64,000 bases of DNA from an uncultured Gemmatimonadaceae bacterium (GTDB taxonomy: Bacteria; Gemmatimonadota; Gemmatimonadetes; Gemmatimonadales; Gemmatimonadaceae), in the NCBI GenBank assembly GCA_963781585.1, contig CAWAGQ010000004.1, forward strand, positions 320,001 to 384,000. Reading direction: 5' to 3'. The position numbers and the translations under genes are program-made. The notes beneath the pieces were generated by a model. It was not told where the DNA came from, ran no database searches, and worked only from the letters and a program-made list of their open reading frames with translations. This document shows, piece by piece, positions 41,234 through 50,806 of this stretch (position 1 is the stretch's first letter; each line of letters starts with the position of its first letter).

Positions 41234-42192
41234 TCCTCGCCGGTGCGGTCGCCCTCGCGGCCGCGCCGCCCGGAGCCGCCCAGCTCCCGTTAGGCATGCA
41301 GCAGGTGACGGCCGGCCGGTTTACCGTCGCGGCCGAGCCGGGAGACATGCAGCTGGCGCGGGCGCTGCTCGGACGGGCCACCGCCAGGGATACGTTCCCG
41401 TGGCTGCCGCGCCCGCACGAGCCGGTCCTGATCATCGTCGCCCCCGACCGCCGCACCTTCCGGGCACTGGTCGGGCCGGCGGCTCCCGAATACGGCGCCG
41501 CCATCGCCATCCCGGCCGAGCGGCGCATCGTCATGCAGGGCCACAACGCGGCGTCGGATGCCGGTGATCCGCTCGAGGTGCTCCGTCACGAGCTCGCACA
41601 CCTGGCGCTCCACGAGCGGCTGGACAACATCCCGCCTCGATGGTTCGACGAGGGGTACGCGTCGGTGGCGGCCGGTGAGTGGGGTCGCGACGAGGTACTG
41701 GCCACGAATGTTGCGCTTGCCTTGCGCGGCATGCCCTCGCTCGATGCGCTCGACGCACAGTTCGCGGGAGGCGCCGGACAGGCGACCGCCGCCTATGCGC
41801 TGGCACACCGTGCGGTCGTGGAACTCGCGGCGCTCGATCCCGAGCGTGGCCTGTCGCTGTTCTTCGACTATTGGCGCCAATCGGGAGACTTCGACGCCGC
41901 CATTCGTCAGGCATTCGGCATTACCGAATCGGACTTCGTGCAACGCTGGCGCGACCACACGCGCCGTCGCTATGGCGGCCTGGCGCTGTTCGCGGATCTC
42001 ACGATCGGTGCGCTCGTGCTGCTCTTCGTCATCACACCGTTGTACCTCGTGCGGCGCGCCCGAGACCGCGCGCGTCTGGAACGCATGGCGGACACGGAAG
42101 CGCGGGTGGAGCAGCAGGCCCGCGATACTGCCATCGAGGAGCTTCTGCGGAGCGTTACCCCGCCGTCCAGCGACCGTCGCCCCGACACGTGA
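41170..42192 (+). CDS. Membrane-anchored peptidase MA-like (HEXXH) protein
   Basis: Signal-like N-terminus, HELAH...PRWFDEGYA and a C-terminal TM helix. Start uncertain. Confidence 0.72.
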   Translation: MGEALRRDAAGSRSRRRAHALILAGAVALAAAPPGAAQLPLGMQQVTAGRFTVAAEPGDMQLARALLGRATARDTFPWLPRPHEPVLIIVAPDRRTFRALVGPAAPEYGAAIAIPAERRIVMQGHNAASDAGDPLEVLRHELAHLALHERLDNIPPRWFDEGYASVAAGEWGRDEVLATNVALALRGMPSLDALDAQFAGGAGQATAAYALAHRAVVELAALDPERGLSLFFDYWRQSGDFDAAIRQAFGITESDFVQRWRDHTRRRYGGLALFADLTIGALVLLFVITPLYLVRRARDRARLERMADTEARVEQQARDTAIEELLRSVTPPSSDRRPDT

Positions 42193-42227
42193 CGCCGCGG
42201 TGACGTAACAGCAAGCAAGGCTGGAGC

Positions 42228-42256
42228 TTGACACATTTTTCCATCCACCCCATACT
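42228..42256 (+). promoter_or_regulatory. Sigma70-type promoter
   Basis: TTGACA-17 bp-CATACT. Confidence 0.7.
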
Positions 42257-42265
42257 TCGGCGCTT

Positions 42266-42436
42266 ATGGCGTCCGACACCCAGCCGCCGAAACAGCGGCC
42301 GCTTTTGTTTTGGGGGCTCGCGCTGGTCACGATCGTGGCCGGATTCATCGATCTCGCGCGCGGCGGGGAAACCATCGCACCGATCTTGCTGGTAATCGGG
42401 TACTGCATTCTGGTACCGATCGCGATACTCAGGTGA
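42266..42436 (+). CDS. Small 56-aa two-TM protein, DUF3098-like (absent from the ORF track)
   Basis: My translation: MASDTQPPKQRPLLFWGLALVTIVAGFIDLARGGETIAPILLVIGYCILVPIAILR. It sits directly behind a consensus promoter. Confidence 0.7.
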   Translation: MASDTQPPKQRPLLFWGLALVTIVAGFIDLARGGETIAPILLVIGYCILVPIAILR

Positions 42437-42531
42437 TGTGGGCTCAGGCGGGCATTCCGGCCGGACCAAAACCGCGTAGTGGGGTGAACATCGGTGAGAG
42501 CGGGTAGGCGTTCGCACGTTACGGCGTTGAC

Positions 42532-42605
42532 GGGCGAATAGCTCAGTTGGTTAGAGCGCCTGCCTTACACGCAGGAAGTCGGGGGTTCGAGTCCCTCTTC
42601 GCCCA
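42532..42605 (+). tRNA. tRNA-Val(TAC); CCA not encoded
   Basis: Acceptor stem GGGCGAA/TTCGCCC; anticodon arm CCTGC-CTTACAC-GCAGG; T-loop GGTTCGAGTCC. Confidence 0.96.
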
Positions 42606-42693
42606 TGAGTGTTATGTGCTGCAATCACGACACTTACGGACCCTGATTGACGCAATGGGTGTACGCATCGTTAACGCCTTGGAGGTTGATACC

Positions 42694-44412
42694 GTGAAGG
42701 CACGACAGCGCTACACGCGCGTCATGTGCGCACTTCTGCTCGGGCTGTCGGCGTCGACGGCCGGCGCACAGCGGCAGCGGCAGACCCTGCGGCCGGGGCA
42801 GACCCCCGGGCCGCGCTTTCTTGTCCCGATCTTTCATACCGCAAACGGGACCGACAAGACAGTCGGCACGCAGGTTAGCGACGTCATTCGCGAACGGATG
42901 ATGGACGATTTTGCGGCCACCGAGCTGGTCATCGTCCCAAAGGTCGACATCGAGACGAGCCTCGAGCAGTCCGGTTACTCGAAGTCGGAAGCTCTGACCT
43001 TCAACGACCTGAAGCAGCTCGCGCCCACCGTGCATGCCGAGGAATACCTGGACGGCGTGGTCGAGTCGGGCGGAAACGGCACCTACGTCGTCCACGCCAC
43101 CCTGTATCTGGTCCGACCGGAAGGCATGGCACAGCCGTTGCCCGACGTGACGGGCGCAAAACCGGGCGATGTGGCCAAGCAGCTTTCCTCCGAAGTGGAG
43201 AAGGCACGTAAGCAGATCGCGCCAACCCAGGCCTGCCTCATCGACGCGCGGCAAGGGAAGGCCGATGAGGCCCGCGTTCAGGCCGAAAAGGGAATCACCG
43301 CCTATCCAAACGCGGTGCTGGCACGGGTCTGCCTCCTGGAACTAGCTAATCAGACCAAATCCGGCCCGGACTCCATCATCAGGTATTCCGAGGAAATCCT
43401 GAAGATCGCGCCGGAAAACCAGCGCGCGCTGAAGCTCGTGGCGGATGCGTACAACGAAAAGCACGAAGACGACAAGTACGTGAGCGCCATGATGCAGTTG
43501 CTCAAGGCCGATCCCGGCAACGCATCACTGCAGGACCAGGTGGTCCAGACGCTCGTGCGGCTGAACAAGCCCGAGATCGCGAAGCCCATCGTTGAAGAGG
43601 CGGTGAAGCAGAATCCGGGCGACCCCCAGCTGATCCGGGATGAGTGGCTCGTCTATCGCCAGCTGAAGGACTGGAAGCGCGCCGCCGCGGTTGGCGAAGA
43701 GATGATCAAGAGCGACACCGCGATGGGTGATACGCTGTTCTACACCCAGCTGATCGGTGCCTACGTCGCGGACAGCCAACTCCAGAAGGCCGCCGAAGCA
43801 GCGGCGCGTGGCGCGAACAAGCACTCGAAGAATGCGACCCTGTGGCTTCAGTATGCCGAGCTCAGTCGGCAGATCGGGCAGCTTCCGCAGTCACTGCAGG
43901 CGATCAACAAGGTGTTGGAGATAAACCCGAAGTACCCCCAGGCAACCATGGTGAAGGCTCAGATCTTCAGCGAGATGGACCAGGTGGACAGCATGTTTGC
44001 CACGCTCAGGTCGGCGGTGGCGCAGGGCGATGACAAGCAGGTGGCCGGAGGAATGGCGCTCACCAAGGCGAACGCGATCTTCAGAGAGTGGAGCGCCGAC
44101 ACAGCCAAGACGATCGACCGGGGCCACTACGTGATGGGTTTGCTCGCCGCGGCGGACAGCATGAATTCGACGGACGGGTCTTCCTTCCTTCTCGGCGCCA
44201 CAAAGCTGATCGTTGGACAGCTGCTGCTCACGCGGGCAGGGAAGGAACGGAACTGCGACGATGCAAAGCAGGGCAATGACCTGGTTGTGGATGCGGGACT
44301 CCTGATCGCCAAGAGCGGACGCGCCTATCCCCAGCAGGCGCAACAGATGATGGGGAACCAGATGCAGCTCTCGACCTACGGTGCGCAGCTCGTGAAGGCG
44401 GTCTGCAAGTAG
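42694..44412 (+). CDS. Secreted/periplasmic TPR protein
   Basis: GGAGG then GTG; signal peptide ending STAGA-Q; TPR-like helical repeats. Confidence 0.8.
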   Translation: MKARQRYTRVMCALLLGLSASTAGAQRQRQTLRPGQTPGPRFLVPIFHTANGTDKTVGTQVSDVIRERMMDDFAATELVIVPKVDIETSLEQSGYSKSEALTFNDLKQLAPTVHAEEYLDGVVESGGNGTYVVHATLYLVRPEGMAQPLPDVTGAKPGDVAKQLSSEVEKARKQIAPTQACLIDARQGKADEARVQAEKGITAYPNAVLARVCLLELANQTKSGPDSIIRYSEEILKIAPENQRALKLVADAYNEKHEDDKYVSAMMQLLKADPGNASLQDQVVQTLVRLNKPEIAKPIVEEAVKQNPGDPQLIRDEWLVYRQLKDWKRAAAVGEEMIKSDTAMGDTLFYTQLIGAYVADSQLQKAAEAAARGANKHSKNATLWLQYAELSRQIGQLPQSLQAINKVLEINPKYPQATMVKAQIFSEMDQVDSMFATLRSAVAQGDDKQVAGGMALTKANAIFREWSADTAKTIDRGHYVMGLLAAADSMNSTDGSSFLLGATKLIVGQLLLTRAGKERNCDDAKQGNDLVVDAGLLIAKSGRAYPQQAQQMMGNQMQLSTYGAQLVKAVCK

Positions 44413-44435
44413 CGACTCTGGCCGAACACTCCCTG

Positions 44436-44469
44436 GCCCGCTGCCCCTCAGGGCGGCGGGCTTTTTTTT
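44436..44469 (+). terminator. Intrinsic terminator
   Basis: GCCCGCTGCCC-CTCA-GGGCGGCGGGC followed by T8. Confidence 0.9.
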
Positions 44470-44593
44470 GTCCGCCAGCCGCGCGACCTGCTTGCAAGGC
44501 GTGGGAGGGCATTTCCGCCTCGCTGGCGAAATGTCTTACTGACCTTGCGACGCAGCTTGAGATGCCGCGCACAAGTCCCACGTTATCAAGCGC

Positions 44594-44623
44594 TTGACGA
44601 ATTGCCGTCTGGGTCGCTAGGTT
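44594..44623 (+). promoter_or_regulatory. Probable sigma70 promoter of the dcw operon
   Basis: TTGACG-18 bp-TAGGTT. Confidence 0.55.
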
Positions 44624-44633
44624 GTCGCGGGCA

Positions 44634-45572
44634 GTGACCCACTCTGATACCTACGCGAGCGCATTCCACACTCCGGTCCTCGTACACGAGGTCGTTGAGC
44701 TGCTCGGCAACGCTGATCATGTCCTGGACTGCACACTCGGCGGCGGCGGGCACGCGCTCGCGCTGCTCGAGCGGGGCGCCCGGGTAACCGGGCTCGATCG
44801 CGATCCCGAGGCGGTGCGCGCCGCGTCCGCACGGCTCGCGTCGTACGCCGGGACAGGACAGTTCCGCGCTGCGCAAGGCAGCTTTGGCGATCTGAACGCC
44901 ACGGCGATTGCCGATGATGAGCGATTTGCCGGCATCCTGCTCGACCTGGGCGTGTCGTCGCATCAGATGGATTCACCGGCGCGTGGTTTTACGTTCCGAA
45001 CGGACGCGCCGCTCGACATGCGGATGACTGTCGATACGCCGGACGACGCCGCTCGTCTCGTCAACGAGAGCAGCGAACGAGAACTGGCGGCGATCTTCAG
45101 AGACTATGGCGACGTGACGAAGGCCGGACGGCTGGCCCGAGAGATCGTCAGGCGTCGAGGGCGACGACCGTTTCGCATCAGCGACGATCTGGTGGACGCG
45201 ATACGGGCCGTGCTCGGTCCACGCAGCGGACCCGCCGAGTTCGCCCCCGTCTTCCAGGCGCTGCGAGTCGCGGTGAACGATGAGCTGGGCGCGCTCGAAC
45301 GCGCGCTGCCAGTGCTCCGCGACCGGCTTTCCGCGGGCGGCACCATGGCGGCGATCACGTATCACTCGGGCGAGGATCGCCTGGTGAAGCGGGCGTTTCG
45401 CGACTGGAGCGCGGCGTGTGTGTGCCCGCCACGGCAACCAGTCTGCACCTGCCGCGGCCGGCCGCTGGGGCGATCGCTGACGCGTCGTCCGATGCTCCCC
45501 AGCGACGCTGAGAGCGCCTCGAATCCGCGCGCGCGCAGCGCGCACCTGCGGGCATGGCAAAGCGCCGCGTAA
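44634..45572 (+). CDS. rsmH: 16S rRNA m4C1402 methyltransferase
   Basis: HTPVL, DCTLGGGGH, DLGVSS.Q, PLDMRM, FQALRVAVN and NPRARSA. Confidence 0.95.
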   Translation: MTHSDTYASAFHTPVLVHEVVELLGNADHVLDCTLGGGGHALALLERGARVTGLDRDPEAVRAASARLASYAGTGQFRAAQGSFGDLNATAIADDERFAGILLDLGVSSHQMDSPARGFTFRTDAPLDMRMTVDTPDDAARLVNESSERELAAIFRDYGDVTKAGRLAREIVRRRGRRPFRISDDLVDAIRAVLGPRSGPAEFAPVFQALRVAVNDELGALERALPVLRDRLSAGGTMAAITYHSGEDRLVKRAFRDWSAACVCPPRQPVCTCRGRPLGRSLTRRPMLPSDAESASNPRARSAHLRAWQSAA

Positions 45573-45856
45573 AGCTGCGCGGGCGTACCGTGGTCGCGCT
45601 GGTGTTGGGCGCGTTTCTGGCGGTAGCCACCAGCATCGTGTGGCGGCGCTCGCTGGGCAGCGTGCAGGCGCGGCATCTGCACGATCTCCGGACCCAACTG
45701 GCCGATCTGCAGACGCAGCGCGCTCAGCTTCAGGCCGACGTCCATCGCGCGACGAGCCGACCCTATCTGGCGCCGGTGGTGGCGCGCCTCGGGCTGGTGG
45801 TGCCGAACGACAGTCAGGTCATTGTGCTGCCGATGCCGCGGCAACCGGAGCGTTAG
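45554..45856 (+). CDS. ftsL: Cell division protein FtsL-like
   Basis: Basic N-terminus, one TM and a coiled coil; lies between rsmH and ftsI. Confidence 0.75.
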   Translation: MAKRRVKLRGRTVVALVLGAFLAVATSIVWRRSLGSVQARHLHDLRTQLADLQTQRAQLQADVHRATSRPYLAPVVARLGLVVPNDSQVIVLPMPRQPER

Positions 45857-45860
45857 GCGC

Positions 45861-47924
45861 ATGGTGCGGGAGCGACGACTTTCGGTGGTCCATGGGGTGC
45901 TGCTGCTGCTCGCGCTCGCGCTCGTGGCACGCAGCGGCTACGTGCAGCTGTGGCAGGGCGCGAAGTGGGACGCCCGGGCCGAGCGTCAGCAGGTCTCGCG
46001 GGATACGCTGGCCGCGCCACGGGGTGAGATCCTCGACCTGGCTGGCGTGCCGCTGGCCGAAAGCCAGGTGCACGTTCAACTCGCGATCGTGCCGGGCGAG
46101 GTCAAGGAGCCGCGGCGGCTGGCGCGCTCGCTGCAGCACCTCGGCGTGGACGCCGCCACGTTGCGCCGGGTCGCCGACCAGAAGCGGAAGTGGGTTCCGG
46201 TGGGCGGGACCTTCGCGCCGTCCGACGTGAACGGGCTGCGGGTGATGCCGGGCGTGCACGCGACCGACGTCGGGCAGCGCTCCTACCTGCCCTCCGACGG
46301 ATTGCGGAAGATCGTCGGACGCACCGGTCCCGGCGGCGTTGCCATCGACGGGATCGAGCTGGCACTGGATTCACTCCTGCGTGGCGAGCGCGGTACCGCG
46401 GCGGCACTGCTCGATGCGCGTGGGACGCGGTACGAATCGCCCGAGATGCTCACCGCGCCGCCGCTGGGGGGACACAGCATCACCCTCACCGTGAGCTACG
46501 TGGTACAGGATATTTGCGACCGGGCGCTGGCCGATGCCACCGAAAGACTGAACGCGACCGGCGGCGACATCGTGGTCCTCGATCCACGCGACGGCGAGAT
46601 CCGCTGTCTGGCCAGTCGGCGATCGGGCCAGATCGCGACGGCCAGTACCGCGCTCACGGAACCGTTCGAGCCGGGGTCCACGCTCAAGCCGCTCTACGCC
46701 GGCCGGCTGATCGAGTCGGGCAAGGCCAGGGTCTCCGACGTCATCGAGACGTTCAACGGAGTGTACCGGACTCACGGCCGGACGATCAACGACGTGCACA
46801 AGGCGGAACGGCTCTCGCTGGCCGACGTCATCCGCTTCTCCAGCAACGTGGGCATCGTGCGCTTCACCGAACGACTCTCGGCCCGCGAGATGTACGAGAC
46901 GCTGCGCGACTTCGGGTTTGGTACGCCGACCGGCGTGACCTATCCGAGCGAGGCGCCGGGGATCCTGCACGAACCCGCGACCTGGTCGGCGCAGTCGCAG
47001 GCGTCGCTCGCCATCGGGTACGAGTTGGCGGTGACGCCGCTGCAGCTGGCGACCGCGTACGCTGCGCTTGCCAATGGCGGGAGGTTGCTGGAACCGGCGC
47101 TGATTCGCGAAATCCATGATCCCGACGGGGCGCTGGTGTACACGCACCGGCCGTCACTCGTCAGGCAGGTGCTGGCCCCCGAAACGACGCGGACCCTGCG
47201 ACAGATCCTTGCCACCGTGGTGGACAGTGGCACGGCGACCGAGGCCGGGCTCTCGTCATTCGAGTTCGGCGGCAAGAGCGGCACGGCGCGTCGTGCTGCG
47301 GGCGGGACCTATGGTCGCGGCAGCTACACATCGTTGTTCGTGGGGCTGTTTCCGGCCGAGGCACCGCAGTACGTGGTGCTGGTGAAGCTCGACAACCCGC
47401 AGGGGAGCTATTATGGCGGGAAGGCAGCGGCGCCAGTGGCGAGGGCCGTGGTGGAGGCTGCCATCGCTGCGCGTGATGCAGCGCTCGACCAATCGAGCCT
47501 GGCACTGCAGAAGGCCCCCTACGTTCCCCCCGACGTCGATCGAGCGCCCACCGGCCAGGTCGCCTCCTCCGGGCGCAGCGCACCGGGGATGGTGGAGTCG
47601 CCGTCGGCGGACGATTCAGGCAACCGGTCGCACGGCGAGGGCGACAGCCCGCAGATACCAGGCGATGCGTCGACCGGCGTTGCTGCGGACGGGATCTGCT
47701 GTCCGCCGGCGCGATTCGACATCGGCAAGTTGGCGCCGGACACCGCGTCCTCCATGGATCACGTCGTTGTCCCGGATGTTCGCGACGTTCCGCTTCGCAC
47801 GGCGGTGCGCGAACTCCATCGCGCCGGCCTCCGCGTCGTCCTGGTCGCGGGCGGGCCGCCCATGACTCCCTCTCCGGGGACCGCGGTGGCACGCGGATCG
47901 CTGGTGCGGCTCGGCCGGCCATGA
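45861..47924 (+). CDS. ftsI: FtsI/PBP3 transpeptidase with C-terminal PASTA-like segment
   Basis: RGEI.D; EPGSTLK (SxxK), SSN and KSG motifs. Confidence 0.92.
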   Translation: MVRERRLSVVHGVLLLLALALVARSGYVQLWQGAKWDARAERQQVSRDTLAAPRGEILDLAGVPLAESQVHVQLAIVPGEVKEPRRLARSLQHLGVDAATLRRVADQKRKWVPVGGTFAPSDVNGLRVMPGVHATDVGQRSYLPSDGLRKIVGRTGPGGVAIDGIELALDSLLRGERGTAAALLDARGTRYESPEMLTAPPLGGHSITLTVSYVVQDICDRALADATERLNATGGDIVVLDPRDGEIRCLASRRSGQIATASTALTEPFEPGSTLKPLYAGRLIESGKARVSDVIETFNGVYRTHGRTINDVHKAERLSLADVIRFSSNVGIVRFTERLSAREMYETLRDFGFGTPTGVTYPSEAPGILHEPATWSAQSQASLAIGYELAVTPLQLATAYAALANGGRLLEPALIREIHDPDGALVYTHRPSLVRQVLAPETTRTLRQILATVVDSGTATEAGLSSFEFGGKSGTARRAAGGTYGRGSYTSLFVGLFPAEAPQYVVLVKLDNPQGSYYGGKAAAPVARAVVEAAIAARDAALDQSSLALQKAPYVPPDVDRAPTGQVASSGRSAPGMVESPSADDSGNRSHGEGDSPQIPGDASTGVAADGICCPPARFDIGKLAPDTASSMDHVVVPDVRDVPLRTAVRELHRAGLRVVLVAGGPPMTPSPGTAVARGSLVRLGRP

Positions 47925-49441
47925 ACCGGGAGATCTCGTCCGCCGCCATCGTGCGGGCGCTGGAGGAGGCGGGAGAGCTCGTTGGCGTGCGCGGGGACCT
48001 GCCGGCGTCCTTCACGGCACTCTCCGACGACAGCCGGACCGCAACGCCGGGATCGCTCTTTGTCGCCGTGCGCGGTCAGGCGCGCGACGGACACGACTAT
48101 CTGGACGCCGCGCGGCGGGGCGGAGCGGTGGCGGCGGTTGTAGAGGACGCGTCGCGCACCGAACTGCCCACGGTCGCAATCCGGGACAGCCGGCGGGCGG
48201 CGGCGGTGGTCGCGGCCGCGGCCTACGACTGGCCGGCGCGACAACTCGTGGCAGTCGGCGTCACGGGCACGAGCGGCAAGACGACCACCGTCACGATGCT
48301 CCGCCACCTGCTGGATGAACCCGATGCCGCCAGCGCGTCGATCGGAACGTTAGGCGTCCTGACGGGCCGCGTGGGCCGACCCCTGCCGGGCGGCAGCGGG
48401 CTCACCACCCCCGGTCCGGTGGAACTGCAGCGCGTGCTCCGGATGCTGGTGGATGCCGGCGTCCGGCGTGTGGCAATCGAGGTTTCGTCGCACAGTCTCG
48501 ATCAGCGTCGCGTCGAGGGCGTGGCGTTCGCGGTCGCGGTGTTCACGAACCTTTCGCACGAGCATCTGGACTATCACGGCGACATGGCGTCGTACCTGAA
48601 CACCAAAGCGAGGCTCCTTCAACTGCTCGCGCCTGACGGTACGGCGGTGATCAACGCGGACGATCGGGCGTGGGATGCGCTCCCGCCGACCCGGCGGCGG
48701 CTGCGGTTCGGGGTGGGCACGACCGGCGGCGTCGATGTCACGGCGCGGGACGTCCGCTTCACGGCCGCCGGGAGCACGTGGCGGCTGGTGGCTGGCGCGG
48801 AATCCGCGGCGGTGCAGCTCCCCCTGCTGGGCGATTTCAACGTGATGAACGCGCTGGCGGCCGCGACGGCGGCGCGCGCTCTCGGACTCGCGGTGAGCGA
48901 CATCGCCCTCAGGTTGTCGTCGCTGTCGCAGGTGCCGGGACGGCTCGAACGGCTGCTGGATCGGCCGGCGGTGCTCCGCGACTACGCGCACAAGCCCGAC
49001 GCGCTGCGGGCGGTGTTGCGGGCGGTGCGGCCGTTCGTGCGGGGCCGCCTGATCGTGCTGTTCGGATGCGGCGGCGACCGCGACCGGAGCAAGCGTCCGG
49101 TGATGGGGGCGATCGCCGAACAGGAGGCGGATGTGGTGATTCTGACCAGCGACAATCCGCGCACCGAGGATCCGGAGCGGATTCTCGACGAGATCGAGGT
49201 GGGAATGTCCCGGCCGCACGAACGCATCGAGGACCGTCGGACGGCGATCGCCCGGGCGGTGCAGATCGCACGCGCCGATGACGTGGTGCTGCTGGCGGGG
49301 AAGGGGCACGAGACGTACCAGATCCGGGGGACGGAGGCGCTGCCGTTCGACGAGCGGGAGGTGGTGGGGGCGGTGGTGGCCGCGGCAGCAGACCCGGGCG
49401 GCGTGGTGCAGCGAATTGGGCGCGGAGGGGCGGCGGCGTGA
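47921..49441 (+). CDS. murE: MurE ligase
   Basis: GTSGKTT, EVSSH, GCGGDRD, DNPR (meso-DAP-type motif) and AGKGHE. Confidence 0.95.
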   Translation: MNREISSAAIVRALEEAGELVGVRGDLPASFTALSDDSRTATPGSLFVAVRGQARDGHDYLDAARRGGAVAAVVEDASRTELPTVAIRDSRRAAAVVAAAAYDWPARQLVAVGVTGTSGKTTTVTMLRHLLDEPDAASASIGTLGVLTGRVGRPLPGGSGLTTPGPVELQRVLRMLVDAGVRRVAIEVSSHSLDQRRVEGVAFAVAVFTNLSHEHLDYHGDMASYLNTKARLLQLLAPDGTAVINADDRAWDALPPTRRRLRFGVGTTGGVDVTARDVRFTAAGSTWRLVAGAESAAVQLPLLGDFNVMNALAAATAARALGLAVSDIALRLSSLSQVPGRLERLLDRPAVLRDYAHKPDALRAVLRAVRPFVRGRLIVLFGCGGDRDRSKRPVMGAIAEQEADVVILTSDNPRTEDPERILDEIEVGMSRPHERIEDRRTAIARAVQIARADDVVLLAGKGHETYQIRGTEALPFDEREVVGAVVAAAADPGGVVQRIGRGGAAA

Positions 49442-50802
49442 GCTTCTGGACGCTCGATCGCGTCGGGCACGCGCTGCGGGGGCTGGCGCAGGGCGCGATT
49501 CCCGCTGGGCGGGAGCCGTTAGGCGCGGTGTCCACCGATACGCGGACTATCGGTGCGCGTGACGTCTTCGTGGCGCTCCGCGGCGAGCAGTTCGACGCGC
49601 ACCGGTTCCTCGCCGACGCCGCGGCACGGGGGGCGGCGGCACTGGTGGTGGACGATCCGGCACACGCGGTGGGACTGGCCCGCCCGGTGTTCACCGTGCC
49701 CGACACCACCGCCGCGCTCGGCGCGTTAGGCAGCTACCGCCGCCAGGCCTGGGGCGGACCGGTGGTGGCGATCGCGGGCTCCAACGGCAAGACCACCACC
49801 AAGGAGCTGGTGCGGAGCGCGCTGGCCAGCGTACTGGAGGTCCACGCGACCCAGGGCAACCTCAACAACCAGGTGGGTGTCCCGCTCACGCTGCTCGCGC
49901 TGCCCGACGCCGCCGAGGTGGCAGTGGTCGAGATCGGGACCAACGCCCCGGGCGAAGTGGAGACCCTGCGGCGGATCGCGGCCCCCGACATCGCGCTGGT
50001 GACGTCGATAGGTGAGGAACACCTCGAAGGGCTGCACGATCTGGCCGGCGTGTTGCGCGAGGAAACCGCGGTGTACCGGGGCGTCGAGCTGGCGGTGTGC
50101 CCAGCCGGTCAGCCCGCGGTGGGCGCGGCGGCGCGGACGCTGGCGCGCCAGACGGTCGAGGCGGGGCTGGATACGGGCGACCTGCACCCCGAGCGGTGGG
50201 GGATCGATGATGACGGGAAGGGCTGGGTGGAGTTCGGCGAGCTCCGGGTCTCCCTGTCACTGCGCGGGGAGCACAATCTGCGCAATGCGATGCTGGCGGC
50301 CGCGGTTGCCCGGGCCTGCGGCGTGCCAATGGAGGCGGCCGCGCGCGGCATGGCCGCAGTGGCCCCGCTGGCCATGCGAGGCGGCTGGCACCAGTATGCG
50401 ACACTGACCGTGATCAACGATGCGTACAACGCCAACCCGGCGTCGATGCGCGAAGCCATCGCCCTCGTGAATGGGCTGCCGCCCAGGCGCCAGCGCGTAC
50501 TGGTGCTGGGCAGCATGCGCGAGCTCGGAATCCAGAGCGGAGCACTGCACGCCGAGATCGCACGACTGGCCGTCGGGTCGCGGGCCGATGTCATCGCCGG
50601 CATCGGAGATTTCGCGGGGACACTGGTCGCACACGACGGAGACGGCCGCGTGATCACGGCCCCCGACGTCGCGGAGCTGTGGGCGGAGCTGCGGCCGCTG
50701 CTGGCCCGCGACGCAATCGTCCTGCTGAAGGCCTCGCGTGGCGTGCGCCTGGAGCGACTGGAGCCGATGCTGCAGGCGTGGGCCGATTCCCCCCAACCCT
50801 GA
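49438..50802 (+). CDS. murF: MurF ligase
   Basis: GSNGKTTTKE, GNLNNQVGVP, DAYNANP and KASRG. Confidence 0.95.
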   Translation: MSFWTLDRVGHALRGLAQGAIPAGREPLGAVSTDTRTIGARDVFVALRGEQFDAHRFLADAAARGAAALVVDDPAHAVGLARPVFTVPDTTAALGALGSYRRQAWGGPVVAIAGSNGKTTTKELVRSALASVLEVHATQGNLNNQVGVPLTLLALPDAAEVAVVEIGTNAPGEVETLRRIAAPDIALVTSIGEEHLEGLHDLAGVLREETAVYRGVELAVCPAGQPAVGAAARTLARQTVEAGLDTGDLHPERWGIDDDGKGWVEFGELRVSLSLRGEHNLRNAMLAAAVARACGVPMEAAARGMAAVAPLAMRGGWHQYATLTVINDAYNANPASMREAIALVNGLPPRRQRVLVLGSMRELGIQSGALHAEIARLAVGSRADVIAGIGDFAGTLVAHDGDGRVITAPDVAELWAELRPLLARDAIVLLKASRGVRLERLEPMLQAWADSPQP

Positions 50803-50806
50803 AGGC

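Noticed and set aside
42532..44469. Genomic island integrated at tRNA-Val
   Set aside because: No integrase and no duplicated tRNA 3' end seen; the following gene is a single TPR protein with an ordinary RBS and terminator.
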